Notes: generated from the letters alone by a model not told the origin. A stretch of 63,960 nt of DNA, filler included, from Octopus bimaculoides (GCF_001194135.2; 9 parts of 9 records of this genome joined end to end with filler, not necessarily neighbours in it), one strand, 5' to 3'; positions 25,086 through 38,257 are shown, counted from the whole stretch's first letter. Numbers and translations are program-made.

Positions 25086-25214
25086 ATATATATATATATA
25101 TATATGAGTATTCAGCTTTTGCTGGATGACCTGCACAATGACTTGCTTATAATGATCAAATATTCGTGCCGCTCATTAGCCAATTCTCTCCATCAAATCG
25201 ACGTTGCCTGGACA

Positions 25215-25378
25215 GGTGCACAAGTCCTCCACACGTCTGCCTATTAAATCCACTCAACAAGGTTTTGGTCAACCCGAGTATATGGTAGAAGAGACTTGCC
25301 CAAGGTCCCACGCAGGGAGATGGAACCTGGAACCAAGCGGATGAGAAGCAAACTTCTTACCACATAGCCACGCCCGCA
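25215..25378 (-). mobile_element. SINE head module, inverted relative to 24905
   Basis: AAATCCACTCAACAAGG...GACTTGCCCAAGG...CTTACCACATAGCCAC. Confidence 0.8.
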
Positions 25379-25472
25379 ATTGGTAAAAAAAACAAATTCA
25401 ATAGAGTCGATCATTCATATCCTATGATGGCATGTTGAAATGATATATCTTATGACAAATAAAATCAAAATG

Positions 25473-25508
<36 letters not shown>

Positions 25509-26179
25509 TCACCACCGTCACCAACAGACCCATGTTACAGAAAACAACCATTGATGAAGTAATAAAGTAAAACTAAGGAACTCAAAAAGTGAAAATTTCT
25601 GAAATAGTAGGGAATGTGGGTGGGAAAGTAGGTGTGAGCAAGGAAGATATAATAATGTTGTGGGAAGAGAGAGAAGAGGGTGTAACCTTTGTTTAAAGGT
25701 AGGAAGAGCAGGGCGGGGGGAAAACTTGAACCGGTGTCTACTCAAAGTAAGTCAACTACATAAAATTAGATCAGAAATAATTAAAAATACACCCCTCTCT
25801 CCTAAACATTTGAACATTCTCTCTCACATATACACATAAAATTTATATATACACACACATACACAGACAGATGCACCAAATAAGTGTATGCATAAATGTT
25901 AAGGAGTGTATATATGACTGACTATAAACCAGGCATAAATTACACACGCATGTATACATACATAAGCCTGTGTGTGTGTGTGTGTAAGCCTAAATGGATG
26001 GCATGAACATAGCAGTGCCCAGCCCTAGACGTAAAAATGATTCCTAGTCTGACATAGAAGATCTAATAAATACCTGTTAAATACGTTGCCCTCTAGATCC
26101 AGGTCTAAGAAAACAAGTAGTAGTAGTAGTTCTGCTATTAGACCCCTTATAGATTTGAAGAATTAGGGATCAAGATTTG

Positions 26180-26528
26180 TGGCTGTGTGGTAAGTAGCTT
26201 GCTTATCAACCACATGGTTCTGGGTTCAGTCCCACTGTGTGGCACCTTGGGCAAGTGTCTTCTACTATAGCCTCAGGCCAACCAAAGCCTTGAGTGGATT
26301 TGGTAGATGGAAACTGTGTGTGTATATGTTTGTGTGTCTGTGTTTGTCCCCCCCCCCCAACATCGCTTGACAACCAATGTTGGTGTGTTTACGTCCCTGT
26401 AACTTAGCAGTTTGGCAAAAGAGCCCAGTAGAACAAGTACTAGGCTTACAAAGAATAAGTCCTGGGGTCGATTTGCTCGACTAAAGGCGGTGCTCCAGCA
26501 TGGCCGCAGTCAAATGACTGAAACAAGT
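26180..26528 (+). mobile_element. Near full-length composite tRNA-derived SINE
   Basis: Pol III A/B-box-like head, (TG)n middle, tail GGCGGTGCTCCAGCATGGCCGCAGTCAAATGACTGAAACAAGT. Confidence 0.9.
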
Positions 26529-26966
26529 TAAATTGTATAAACTGCATTAGCGATGAAAAAAAGAATGAACCGTCTTCAACCCGGGATTGAAACTGCAAAC
26601 TGATATTTCAGTATGCGTCGAAGTTATCTCTGGAGTCGGTGCCTAATGATCAGCAGTTTTATTGCACGTGCGCACGCGCGAACGGTTTTTACTTATTTAT
26701 ATTTCGACTGAATCAACAAATCCTCACTGAAATCACTATTGTGACATTACTATGGTAACAATGCCATAACAATCCGTTGCTACCTTCACAACACCTGACA
26801 CTTAAATTTAAATTTGTGCTACTGAGTGCAGTTTTCCATTTGCTGTTCACCTGAAATTACACACACACACACGCGCGTGTGTGTGTGTGTGTGTGTGCAC
26901 ACATTTCTTCTCTATGATTAAGATAATCATAACACTAGATAACATAAAGGAATAATTTCAGCTTGT

Positions 26967-27000
<34 letters not shown>

Positions 27001-27002
<2 letters not shown>

Positions 27003-27219
27003 CCTTTATTCTAAAGGCACAAGGCCTGAAATTTGGTGGAGGAAGGATAGTCGCTTACATCGACCTCAGTGTTTCACTGGTACTTAATTTATCAATCCTA
27101 AAATGATGAAAGGCAAAGTCGACTTCGGCGGAATTTGAACTCAGAATGTAGTGGCAGATGAAATACCTCTAAGCATTTTACCCAGCATTTTACCCTAACG
27201 ATTCTGGCAGCTTGCTGCC

Positions 27220-27220
<1 letters not shown>
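27001..27220 (-). mobile_element. Full-length tRNA-derived SINE flanked by (AAT)n
   Basis: Reverse of CTG.CAGAATCGTTAG...GAGTTCAAATTCCGCCGAAGTCGACTTTGCCTTTCATC; (AAT)n at 27221-27313. Confidence 0.9.
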
Positions 27221-27287
<67 letters not shown>

Positions 27288-28059
27288 AATAACAATAATA
27301 ATAATAATAATAATACTTTCTACTATCGNNNNNNNNNNNNNNNNNNNNNNNNNNNNNNNNNNNNNNNNNNNNNNNNNNNNNNNNNNNNNNNNNNNNNNNN
27401 NNNNNNNNNNNNNNNNNNNNNNNNNNNNNNNNNNNNNNNNNNNNNNNNNNNNNNNNNNNNNNNNNNNNNNNNNNNNNNNNNNNNNNNNNNNNNNNNNNNN
27501 NNNNNNNNNNNNNNNNNNNNNNNNNNNNNNNNNNNNNNNNNNNNNNNNNNNNNNNNNNNNNNNNNNNNNNNNNNNNNNNNNNNNNNNNNNNNNNNNNNNN
27601 NNNNNNNNNNNNNNNNNNNNNNNNNNNNNNNNNNNNNNNNNNNNNNNNNNNNNNNNNNNNNNNNNNNNNNNNNNNNNNNNNNNNNNNNNNNNNNNNNNNN
27701 NNNNNNNNNNNNNNNNNNNNNNNNNNNNNNNNNNNNNNNNNNNNNNNNNNNNNNNNNNNNNNNNNNNNNNNNNNNNNNNNNNNNNNNNNNNNNNNNNNNN
27801 NNNNNNNNNNNNNNNNNNNNNNNNNNNNNNNNNNNNNNNNNNNNNNNNNNNNNNNNNNNNNNNNNNNNNNNNNNNNNNNNNNNNNNNNNNNNNNNNNNNN
27901 NNNNNNNNNNNNNNNNNNNNNNNNNNNNNNNNNNNNNNNNNNNNNNNNNNNNNNNNNNNNNNNNNNNNNNNNNNNNNNNNNNNNNNNNNNNNNNNNNNNN
28001 NNNNNNNNNNNNNNNNNNNNNATATATATATATATATATATAGCGACATACGTACACCT

Positions 28060-28770
28060 TGTCTCTTATATGTAAGTACACATTGTTCTAAATCGTGTAT
28101 GACTTTATTTCCATCTATCAGCCCCTTCACCCTTATTCGTTCCCCCTCACTCACATTTCCTTGCCTTCTATTTTTGCTCATTTTCCCTTCACTTTTCACT
28201 TCGCTGTTTCCCTGTCACTTTTTCTTGCCCCTCCTTAATTCTTTTGTCTCTCTGCCTCTACCACTCTCTTTCTCTTCCCACATGACCGGTGTTCGGCCAA
28301 GCCCGATCTTTCTTTCTTGGCCAGCCGTTGTACATGCAACATTGCTATTTCTCCCTGTGCCTGTGAAATCTTGTATTCCTGCCATAAGGCCTTATTTCCA
28401 CACACGCCAGCTTAATCTAATTCGTCTTTAGTCGAAAGACATCTGTAGTCATGTCCTGTTTTATTGTTTGTATTGTATTTGTGTAACATTGTTCGTTTTT
28501 TTTCTGTCCTTGTTTTAGTATACATTCGCTGCTTTCTTCCAAGGAATCTAATGCTCTTAGCTTAGTTTTTCCTTGGAGATGGCCAGATTGGAGCAATATC
28601 GAGAATAACCAGCCAAAATTGCAAGGATGATCTGGATCTCGACTGAGGAAAGAAAACTCCGAATTACCTGTCCTTGTTTCCTTGTATTGTCTAACTGGAT
28701 GTTTTGTCCCTTTCTTGTATCACCTAACTGTCTGGATGTTTTGCGTCCTTGTCCCATTCCATAATATTTA
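28060..28770. repeat. Unclassified pyrimidine-rich segment, possibly a retroelement terminal repeat
   Basis: Composition and internal duplications (CTAACTGGATGTTTTG / CTAACTGTCTGGATGTTTTG); family not determined. Confidence 0.3.
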
Positions 28771-28787
28771 TATATCTAAGGCCTCAG

Positions 28788-29382
28788 CCAGCCCACTTAT
28801 ACGTACCTTCCTTCATTGGACATGAAACTCGGCTTGCGAAGATCTATTGGGGTAAGCGAAAGCGAAATCGTCATGGCAGTTGTGCCCAGCATCACCTNNN
28901 NNNNNNNGATCTATTGGGGTAAGCGAAAGCGAAATCGTCATGGCAGTTGTGCCCAGCATCACCTTCCTGGCACTTGTGCCGGATAGCACGTGTAAAGACA
29001 TTCGAGCGAGATCATTGCCAGTGCTGCTGAACTGGCTCCTGTACAGGTGGCACGTAAAATACACCATTTTGAGCGTGGCCATTGCCAGTACCGCCTGACT
29101 GGCCTTCGTGCGGGTGACACATAAAAGCACCCACTACACACTCTGAGTGGTTGGCGTTAGGAAGGGCATCCAGCTGTAGAAACTCTGCCAAATCAGATTG
29201 GAGCCTGGNNNNNNNNNNCCCACTACACACTCTGAGTGGTTGGCGTTAGGAAGGGCATCCAGCTGTAGAAACTCTGCCAAATCAGATTGGAGCCTGGTGT
29301 AGCCATCTGGTTTCACAAGTCCTCAGTCAAACAGTCCAACCCATGCTAGCATGGAAAGCGGACGTTAAACGATGATGATGAT
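28788..29382 (+). mobile_element. RTE LINE 3' UTR with two overlap artefacts at 10-N gaps
   Basis: Colinear with 1723-2356; ends GGACGTTAAACGATGATGATGAT. Confidence 0.9.
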
Positions 29383-29911
29383 ATATATACACACACATTT
29401 ACACACACACACACTCAATAACCTGACTCTTATTCAAAATATATGCGACTTCTACAAATTGTCGAGTACCACCTTTCGCTTCTCTCTCCACTAGCATTCC
29501 TCTGTTTACTACTACGTATCTCTCTTTACCCCTCTTGTTCTTCCTCTGTTACTACTACGTATCTCCTTTTCCCCCCCTCGTACTTCCCCTCTTCCTCTTT
29601 TCCTCTCATTGCTCACCTATTCTTCTACTTCCTCCCTTTGTTTCTCCCTCTACCACTCTCTCTCTCTTCCCCTTACACCGGCATGGTCACATGCTTCCGG
29701 TCAATAATCCTTTTCTTCCTTGGCTATCGCCGAGCGAACACGCGAACTTACTTCTNNNNNNNNNNNNNNNNNNNNNNNNNNNNNNNNNNNNNNNNNNNNT
29801 TAATTAATTAANNNNNNNNNNNNNNNNNNNNNNNNNNNNNNNNNNNNNNNNNNNNTATATATATATAATTATATATATATGAAAGTACATATACATACAT
29901 ATGCCCCCCCC

Positions 29912-29945
<34 letters not shown>

Positions 29946-30042
29946 ATATACATACTTGTATACACATTACTTAACACCTTTCTTACTTGTCACATGGCAT
30001 ATTCCATATGCTATGATGTTGGCATATGGAATGTATATTCAT

Positions 30043-30077
<35 letters not shown>

Positions 30078-30439
30078 CTGTAAACACATACACTTATATA
30101 GTCACATACAAGTGTGCATATAAACACATGCATACATAAATGAATAAAATTACTCACACCCATATTGCCATGGATATTGTGCAGACCTTATAATATACAC
30201 CCTTTCATTACATATGATGTATGTTATATTAAATCATACATGATATATACAGAAACCTACTTTATATCTGTGTGTGTGTTTGTGTTATGCATATATACAT
30301 ATTATTCATTACATGTATATTTATGAATATCATATTCATTATACTTATATATAATGTGTATATTATATGTATATATCTATATGAGATATATATATATATA
30401 TGTGTGTGGGCAATAAAGAAATAAATATACTAGCATGTG

Positions 30440-30660
30440 TAAGGTGGTGAGCTAGCAGAATCGTTAGCATGCAGGGTAAAATGCTTAGCAGTATTTTGTT
30501 TGTCTTTACGTTCTGAGTTCAAATTCTGTTGAGGTCGACTTTGCCTTTCATCCTTTCTGGGTCGATAAATTAAGTATCTGTTGTGTACTGGGTCGATCTA
30601 ATCGACTGGCCCCCCCTCCCCCAAAAATTTTGGGTCTTGTGCTTAGAGTAGGAGAGAATA
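30440..30660 (+). mobile_element. Full-length tRNA-derived SINE (Nin-like central domain, from recall)
   Basis: GAGCTAGCAGAATCGTTAGC...GAGTTCAAATT...GCCTTTCATCCTTTCTGGGTCGATAAATTAAGTA. Confidence 0.9.
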
Positions 30661-31080
30661 TACAAGCATGTGTGATGATGTCATGAATAGATATGGCAAC
30701 AGACAGGACACCTGGAAGTCAAGATTTGCTTTATCTTGTCACTAAGAATATATTATTTCTGTGACCAAGACACTTAACTCTTATATAGCTCAGTCCACCT
30801 AAATACAGATAGGTACCACAAAAAGAAGAAAATCTTACTGCCCTGATCACTTAGTTTAACTAGTCATTTGTTTGTTCAACTTTTCCTGTGAAATTCGGGA
30901 AAACAATGGAACTACTCCTCCTGTGTAAATTTTTCAGGAATCACTAAGCACCATTAAAACCAATTCTTTAGTGATGGCCACATCAAGAGAACTGAGGTCC
31001 TAAATAATAATTGATATATTTGGAAACATATCAATCATTTATTTTCCCCTGTCTCTTTTTTTCCTGACTCAAAAATTAAC

Positions 31081-31204
31081 CAATATCCTGTATCTTTAGA
31101 GTTGTCACTGATATCAAATCTAACACTTCCGGTAGGTGTGGGAGACCGTCTGCAGTAGGGCATATCTCTTTGGATATCCATTGCAATCGGAACAGCTCGT
31201 ATTT
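31081..31204 (-). CDS. Candidate coding exon of unknown host gene
   Basis: After TTGATTTACAG: IRAVPIAMDIQRDMPYCRRSPTPTGSVRFDISDNSKDTGY; weak donor GTTAAT, or read-through to a stop at 31035. Confidence 0.35.
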
Positions 31205-31368
31205 CTGTAAATCAATTAATTATGGTCACAGACATAAACTAGTCTCATTATCAAAGTGTCGTTATCAAAGTTACGAGTCATAAATAAATTCACAATATTG
31301 ATTTGTTTAGTTAGTTCATTTGCATATGTACACAAAAACACACTTCAAAAGAAGATTTTACATACATA

Positions 31369-31400
<32 letters not shown>

Positions 31401-31462
31401 TGCTATACATACATAACTATCTATCTATCTATCTATCGATCTATCTATCTATCTATCTATCG

Positions 31463-31495
<33 letters not shown>

Positions 31496-33182
31496 CAAAA
31501 TATGGGGGTTTAGTTCACAGGTGATCTAAATGACTAGGTATGCTGGGTAAAGCTGAGATGAAATTTATGGAACCATTGTAGATTTACTTTTAGTGGGGGA
31601 TTGGAACGCTACCTTAGACATGTATCTAGACTATGTGGGCAGAGATAGTAATAGGAGGGTATGTAAATGCCTCAAAGACCTGCTCAGATATTTCCAACTG
31701 TCTGACAGGTACCGGCTGGACCACCCGAATCTGCCAATGTGGACATGGAGCAACCACAGTGGGTTGTTCAGATCGTATTTAGATAGAGTATTCTGTAGGA
31801 CAGTGGATAAGGATAGTGTAGGTTGTCCGCAATTCCATATAGTCAGATACACAGATCACAAATTTGTGACTTGTACACTTGACTTAGATAAGACGCATAG
31901 GCATGGTCTCAGTTACTGGAAGCTGAATGCGTCGTTCATGGCATGCCAGGCTTACAGGGACTGGATTAGCACATTAGTTAAGAGAGCATTGATGGGCGCC
32001 ATTGTCAACAATAGATTGTGGTATGCCCTAAAGAAAGCAATCAAAGCAGAATCGGTTAGGTATGATAGGGCCCTAGCATTAGACCGAAATAGAATAGAGG
32101 GAGACCTAGTTAAGAAATTAGAAGAGGCACATAGAACTGGCATCGCGTCCAACATATTGGTAGCAAGGTTGGCCTTTCACCAACACTTCAATGCCAAACA
32201 CGAAGGATGCATTGTCAGAGCTAAGACACATGCTCTGAGGAACGAAGGAGTTGGAGCCGCCCGAGAGGCCTGAGTAGCAGAGGCACAACGATACAACAAA
32301 GCCACCATTAGGTCTCTGTCAGATGAGCAGGGGCGCGAATTACTCAAGCCTGAAAGGACGTGTAAGGGCTTTCAACAACACTTTGCCTGACTGTTCGAGA
32401 CAACTGATGGGTCAGAATGCAGAGTGGACTTTAGTGCCTACCTGCATAGCCTGCCACGACTCTCAGCATGAGAGGCGGAGTGTTGTGAAAGTCCCATCAC
32501 AGCTGTGGACGTACAGGATGTGATGGCAGGCTGCACGGGAGACAAATCGCCAGGCTTGGATGGTCTGCCCTATGAACTTTATTGTATATATGCCAGACTT
32601 GTCTATCGTGAAAATTGCTCTGCCACCTTCCTTTAACCGGGAAGGCAAGGCAGTCTTCATCGTACTGGTGGCCATAGTGAAAGAATGTGTGTGGTGAACT
32701 CGAGCAAAAGGTTTGGAGACAAACACTTTCCTCTCTGGCCAATCACTCATCAACTTTTTCAAGTACCACTTGAGAAGGATGGTGAAAATAGCGAGGCAAG
32801 TTTTCTCTTGTGAAAGATTCAATAAAAGGTGGGTGAATGTAGCAAAGATGGTACGCATGAATGACGAAACCACTTTGAGCATGATCCTGTAAATCGAAAA
32901 AAGAGAGAGAGAGCACTTTGCTCTCATGTGCCTGAGGTTACTGTGGTCTTTTTTGTAGTTTTTTTCTTTCCACAGATAAACTTAATCTGTTTTTTTACAT
33001 TTTTAATATTTTCTGTGATACACGATCCCTTTTGATTGCTTTTTTTTTTTTTACATGATCCCTTTTGATCGGAAATTTATTTTCTTCTCCTTTTTTTTCT
33101 AATTTCTTTTTCTTTCGAAAAGAAAAGCTCTACATTTTATTTTGTCCCCTCTGTGTTCGGCCTTATGTGGCTAATAAAGAAA
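31496..33182 (+). mobile_element. Tx1/L1-clade LINE, rearranged and 5'-truncated
   Basis: APE domain (GDWNATLD, WTW, SYLDRV, TDHK, YWKLN), RT start (KSPGLDGLPYELY), inverted segment ~32600-32935, T-rich tail with AATAAA. Confidence 0.85.
31593..32273 (+). pseudogene. APE endonuclease portion of Tx1-like ORF2
   Basis: ORF-track translation carries canonical APE C-terminal motifs; stops follow downstream. Confidence 0.85.
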
Positions 33183-33714
33183 CTTGTCTGTCTGTCTGTC
33201 CACCCGTCTATCTACCCATCTGTCAATCTATCTGTCTATCTATCTTTCTATCTATCTATCCACCTGTCTATCTACCTATCTGTCTATCTATCTGTCTATC
33301 TTTCTATTCACCCATCTATACCTATCTGTCTGTCTATCTTGAATAAAGATGTTGTGAAGTGTGACACATAACCAAAGATCAGGGTCAGTTGTGGGTGTCA
33401 CACTCCACTCCAGTCATAGAAATACTACTATTACTAATAATAATAATCAAGAGAAAACAGGTATTCAATGCTTATAGAGCACAGATGCAATTCAGCTAAT
33501 TGTTATTGCAATTAGATATAATGTTTCTACAACCCATGTGTAATTATAATGGCAATTTGCTGAAAATGTTTGCATGAAAGCCACGCTTGTTTACAACTNN
33601 NNNNNNNNNNNNNNNNNNNNNNNNNNNNNNNNNNNNNNNNNNNNNNNNNNNNNNNNNNNNNNNNNNNNNNNNNNNNNNNNNNNNNNNNNNNNNNNNNNAA
33701 TAAGGCGGGGGGGG

Positions 33715-33880
33715 GGATATACTGGGGCACCCCCCTCGAAAGGTTTAGTCAAACAAATTGACCCCAAAACTTATTTTGTCTTTTTTAAAGCCTGGTACAT
33801 ATTCTCTTTATGCCAAACCACTATGTTATGGGGATGTAAACAAACAAACACCAGTTGTCAGGTGGTGGTAGGGGACATTT
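33715..33880 (-). mobile_element. SINE tail module
   Basis: CTGGGGCACC...TTAGTC.AACAAATTGACCCC...AAGCCTGGTAC. Confidence 0.65.
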
Positions 33881-34004
33881 TGTGATATACTAAACTAATG
33901 TCATTGATAGACCCTTTAGAAGTGAATAAATAATTTCACTGACAAGCTATTTTGTTAGTGAACTTAGGTAAACAGAAACTGTGCTGAAGCCTCCTGGATT
34001 GATT

Positions 34005-34315
34005 GTACCTGTAATTCAAAAGGTACAACCTTGTCACACACACCGTGTCTGTCTGATAACCATGTTAAGGTTACATACACCTGTGGAATACTCAACCACT
34101 TAACAGTTAATTCATTAAACAATTGCAGGTGCCATTTGAAAAGCACCCAGTCCCCACTGTGAAGTGGTGGGCATTTGGAAGGGCATCCAGCTGTAAAAAC
34201 CATGCCTGAGCAGACACAGAAGCATGGTGCAGGCTCCTGCCTGGCCAGCTTCTGTCAAACTGTCCCACCCATGTCAGCATGGAAAGAGGATATTAAATGA
34301 TGATGATGATGATGA
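34005..34315 (+). mobile_element. Degenerate SINE body (57068 family) joined to an RTE-type tail
   Basis: CTGTAATTCAAAAGGTACAACCTTGTCACAC... then GAAGGGCATCCAGCTGTAAAA...TTAAATGATGATG. Confidence 0.65.
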
Positions 34316-34901
34316 ATTGCTTAATTCATTAAGCAGGTAATTCGATGGAACAAATGATTCCTCATCATTGAAACTGGTGGTGAACCCACCTACACACACA
34401 CGGGAAATGCATGAACATCACCACATCACCTATTGCCATGCTTACTACATTATTGAACCTTATGTCTAGTAAAATAAAACTGACCTTAATCCAACTGCAC
34501 ATCAAATATTTCCCAACTGAGATTGAACCAAGGGAATTATTTTTCTTCATGTTGTTGTTTCTAATGGTTCCATGATAGTCACAGACATTCCAGCCATGAT
34601 CATCCCATCTTTTTATCAGACATTGTATCTTTCCCTTGTTTAAGATTTTAGGGTGTGATTTACAGGAGATTATAGCAACTAGTCTTAATTAATGTAATAA
34701 CGAGTCTTTCAGTAATTACAAGTAACTGGTTTCACATCTCATCAATGCACCTCATGACATGGTCATGTGACAACTCTTGTTATTAATTTTTTTTCGTTTT
34801 TCTGTTGTCTTCAGTTCAAAAAGTGTCTTCTAATATAACCCCAGTCCAACCCAAGGGCTGTGAGTCGATTTGGTAGACAGAAATTATGTGGAAGCCTGTT
34901 T

Positions 34902-34969
<68 letters not shown>

Positions 34970-34973
<4 letters not shown>

Positions 34974-35817
34974 GTGCAGTGAATAAACTGTTGTCTAAAT
35001 TACACAAAAATGAATATAACACTGACATCTCATTTTAAGATATATTTACCAAAATTACATAAAAATATCTTGAAATACTAAAGAGTAAATTTATTCAATA
35101 AAATCACCAACTGCTTCAACCATGGCCTCCAGATGACTTTAGAATCTCCTGCAACTCTTCTGGATGGTCTCCTTGTTCAAGTTGGTGAATGCTGTCATAA
35201 TCCTTGCCTTCAGTTCATCTTTGGTGTTACAAGGAGTTTTGTTGGTCTCTCACTCAACTGCACCTCACACATAATAATCAAGGGGATTGCAGTCTGGGCA
35301 GTTAGGTGGCCAGATTTTAGGGGTGATGTGGTGGCAGAAATTGTCTGACAGCCATGACTGGGTTCTCCTGCTTGTGTGGCATGGTTCAGAGTCCTGTTGC
35401 CAGACAGGGTCTCCCAGCAGCCACCCTCTTGACCAAGGAGAGCACTACCTCCTCCAGGCACTTAATGTAGGTCTGTGTGTTGAGTCTGTGGGAAGATGAA
35501 TGGAGGCATAACATCGCCATCACTAGTGATCACTTCAAACACCATGATGTTGACTGGATGTTTGATTTTTATCATGTCCTCAGATTGCACTGTCCTCAGA
35601 TTGACACCCAAATACTCTGAAATTTTCATATTGGAGCTTCTGGTGTGAATACCAAGCAGTACAGCATGTCGTTTCCAAATTTCTGGCTGATGGAATTGCA
35701 TCACGGTGCTGTTTTTTTCTCACAGACAGTGCCCAACTGACCCTACTATTCTGTGTAGTCAACAAAATCAAAAACGAACAATGCGCTGGTGTGAAATTAA
35801 AAATGTAAAATGGCAAC
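34970..35817 (-). mobile_element. DD37D (maT-like) Tc1/mariner element with internal deletion
   Basis: Putative TIR CAGGGTGCAGTGAATAAA at 34970; HPVNIMVFEVITSDGDVMPPFIF; QQDSEPCH...WPPNCPDCNPLDY with D-37-D spacing; far end lost in gap. Confidence 0.88.
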
Positions 35818-36051
35818 NNNNNNNNNNNNNNNNNNNNNNNNNNNNNNNNNNNNNNNNNNNNNNNNNNNNNNNNNNNNNNNNNNNNNNNNNNNNNNNNNNN
35901 NNNNNNNNNNNNNNNNNNNNNNNNNNNNNNNNNNNNNNNNNNNNNNNNNNNNNNNNNNNNNNNNNNNNNNNNNNNNNNNNNNNNNNNNNNNNNNNNNNNN
36001 NNNNNNNNNNNNNNNNNNNNNNNNNNNNNNNNNNNNNNNNNNNNNNNNNNN

Positions 36052-36150
36052 GGTTAGGGTTGGTGACAGAAAAGGCATCCAGCCATAAAAAGACTCTTCT
36101 TTGACAAATTCTGTCCAACCCATGTATGTATGGGACGTCAAATGAGGATG
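36052..36150 (+). mobile_element. Degenerate RTE-type tail
   Basis: GGTTGGTGACAGAAAAGGCATCCAGCCATAAAA...TGTCCAACCCATG...GACGTCAAATGAGGATGAT. Confidence 0.6.
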
Positions 36151-36769
36151 ATCTCTTGGTTTAGAAGAAAGCCTCTATCTGGTTACTTGATTCGGTAAAA
36201 ATATCAGCCAGACGTCTGTTTCGAATCAATTAACGAAAGATTATGTTGTCCAAGATATACTTATATTTTGATACAAGACTTGATGTTTGTGACTGGTGTG
36301 AGTTTGATCATTTGTCTGTTCAATCCAAGATGTCCTGGAGTTAAACAACAACAGCAGTAACAACAACAACATTGTTGGTGGTGTTAGGGTGGTGATATCA
36401 GATCAGGATGTAAATGTTATCGAGATTCAGCATTTTCTCTTATTTTGAAAGAGATATTGGTGCTGCTTATCAGAATCTGAAGAACATCATAAGGAAATAG
36501 TTCAGTTCTATGGTAACGGAAATACTACATGGTAATGGTATTACCATATTTCTTTCTCTTTGATAAAGGATATAACTTGACGTATTAGATCTCTCATATT
36601 CCTTTCACTTATTTTCATTGTACATATTCTTTTATTGTTGTTCTTAGATTTCATATCTTTCTATGCTTTTTCCCACCACATTTTACTTGTCTAACCTAAT
36701 ATTTTATATATTTGTTGGTCTTGTCCTTTTCTCATAAACTTCTTTCGTTTGTGTGTCTGTGTGTCTCTT

Positions 36770-37075
36770 CATCTATCTGTGTCCATCTCTCTGTCTGTCT
36801 GTCTGTCTATTTATCTATCTGTCTATCTCTCCATCCATCTATCCATCTCTCTGTCTGTCTGTCTCTCTGCCTATCTGTCTCAACTTCTGTCTGTCTGTTC
36901 ATCCATCTGTCTGACAGTCCATCTATCTATCTCCCTATTCATTCATCTGTCTACTCGTCTGTCTGTCTGTCTATCTATCCATCCATCTGTCTATGTCTGC
37001 CTGCCTGCTTGTCTATCCATTTATTTGTCTTCCTATCTTTATATTTTCCTACATACCTGCCTATTTATCCACACA
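36770..37075. repeat. Degenerate (TCTG/TCTA/TCCA)n array
   Basis: Direct reading. Confidence 0.9.
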
Positions 37076-37904
37076 CACACACACCCACACACACACACAT
37101 GCACATATATAATTTATCTTTGCAGAAATGGTTATGAATAAATCCAGTTCCACTAATTACAAAAACAATAATTAACACCACCCTTAATTACCATCATGTT
37201 TAACAATTACTCAATCGATGTAACTTCCCCCTCCCCACTACCACTTCTGTAGACCACCAAATTTATTCTTTATTGCTCTGTCAATTATTTACAAACCATC
37301 ATTATTTTCCTCACGGAACGTTGAGGCTTTCGTGTTCTTTCTGGTGCATTGCATAAAATATTTTGCAACATTCATTTTCACTCCTACTGATCTGAGTTCA
37401 AATCCTTCCAAAGTCAACTTTTGTCTGCCAAGGTTGATAAAATAAAGTACTGTAGTTGGTAGTATTGATTAAGCCCATCCCCTCAAAGTAGCTTCCCTTT
37501 TTGCTTAAATTGGAAACCTTATTATTATTAAAGTGGTAGTATGTTGTCAAATTAATGTGACAGTCCCATGAAAGGGAAGAATATTACCCCTACCCAACAA
37601 AGCCAGCTGAAGAAAAATAGCAAAGGAATTTTGCCATCGCTCTAATGGTTCTGCCAGTTTACCACCTTACTTGTTTTATATGCAAAATTCAGTTGTGTAT
37701 TAGAAGGAGCTGTCTGTAGATATGTGAATGTGTGGTCTTGTACATGTATATATACACACATGCTTAGAAATATACAAGTTCACCTTATACAGTTATTCCC
37801 CTTTGGTGTTAGGAAATGTTTCTTTCAAGTAGACCAGGTCATGTGACATAGGATATGCAATGACATCTGACTTTATGGCCTTACATCAGCATCTGTTCTT
37901 TTGG

Positions 37905-38025
37905 AGACCCAGGAAGACATGGGACAAAGTATTGAAGGCCAATCTCAGGACAGTGAGCCTTACAAAGGACAGAGATTCATGCCAGCATGGAAAACATGTT
38001 AAATGCTGCTGATGATGATGATGAA
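37905..38025 (+). mobile_element. Internally deleted RTE remnant
   Basis: AGACCCAGGAAGACATGGGA (RPRKTW) joined within ~70 bp to the CATGCCAGCATGGAAA...GATGATG tail. Confidence 0.65.
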
Positions 38026-38257
38026 AAGACCTTCCAACTCAGTGGATCAAACTGGAACTACAGAACTATTCTATAGAATCACATCTTCCTTTGGACTGAA
38101 TTTCCATTGGGAATAAATATTAAGGTCTTGTTTGTGTGTGTGTGTTTGTTTGTGTTAGGGTTCTCAGTCTGTAGTCTCTGGTCATTTTCACTATGACCAG
38201 TGATCAAATGGAGGACAAAAGATCTGCATGAAAGGGCAGCTAAAGGTTACTTTAAAG

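Noticed and set aside
28628-28660. CTGAGGA...CCGAAT hammerhead look-alike (similarly CTGATGAAG at ~6000 and ~40331)
   Set aside because: No proper GAAA, helix II or cleavage triplet
24972-29297. Direct duplications across 10-N gaps (~24972/25003, ~28847/28908, ~29130/29219)
   Set aside because: Typical unmerged contig-overlap artefacts
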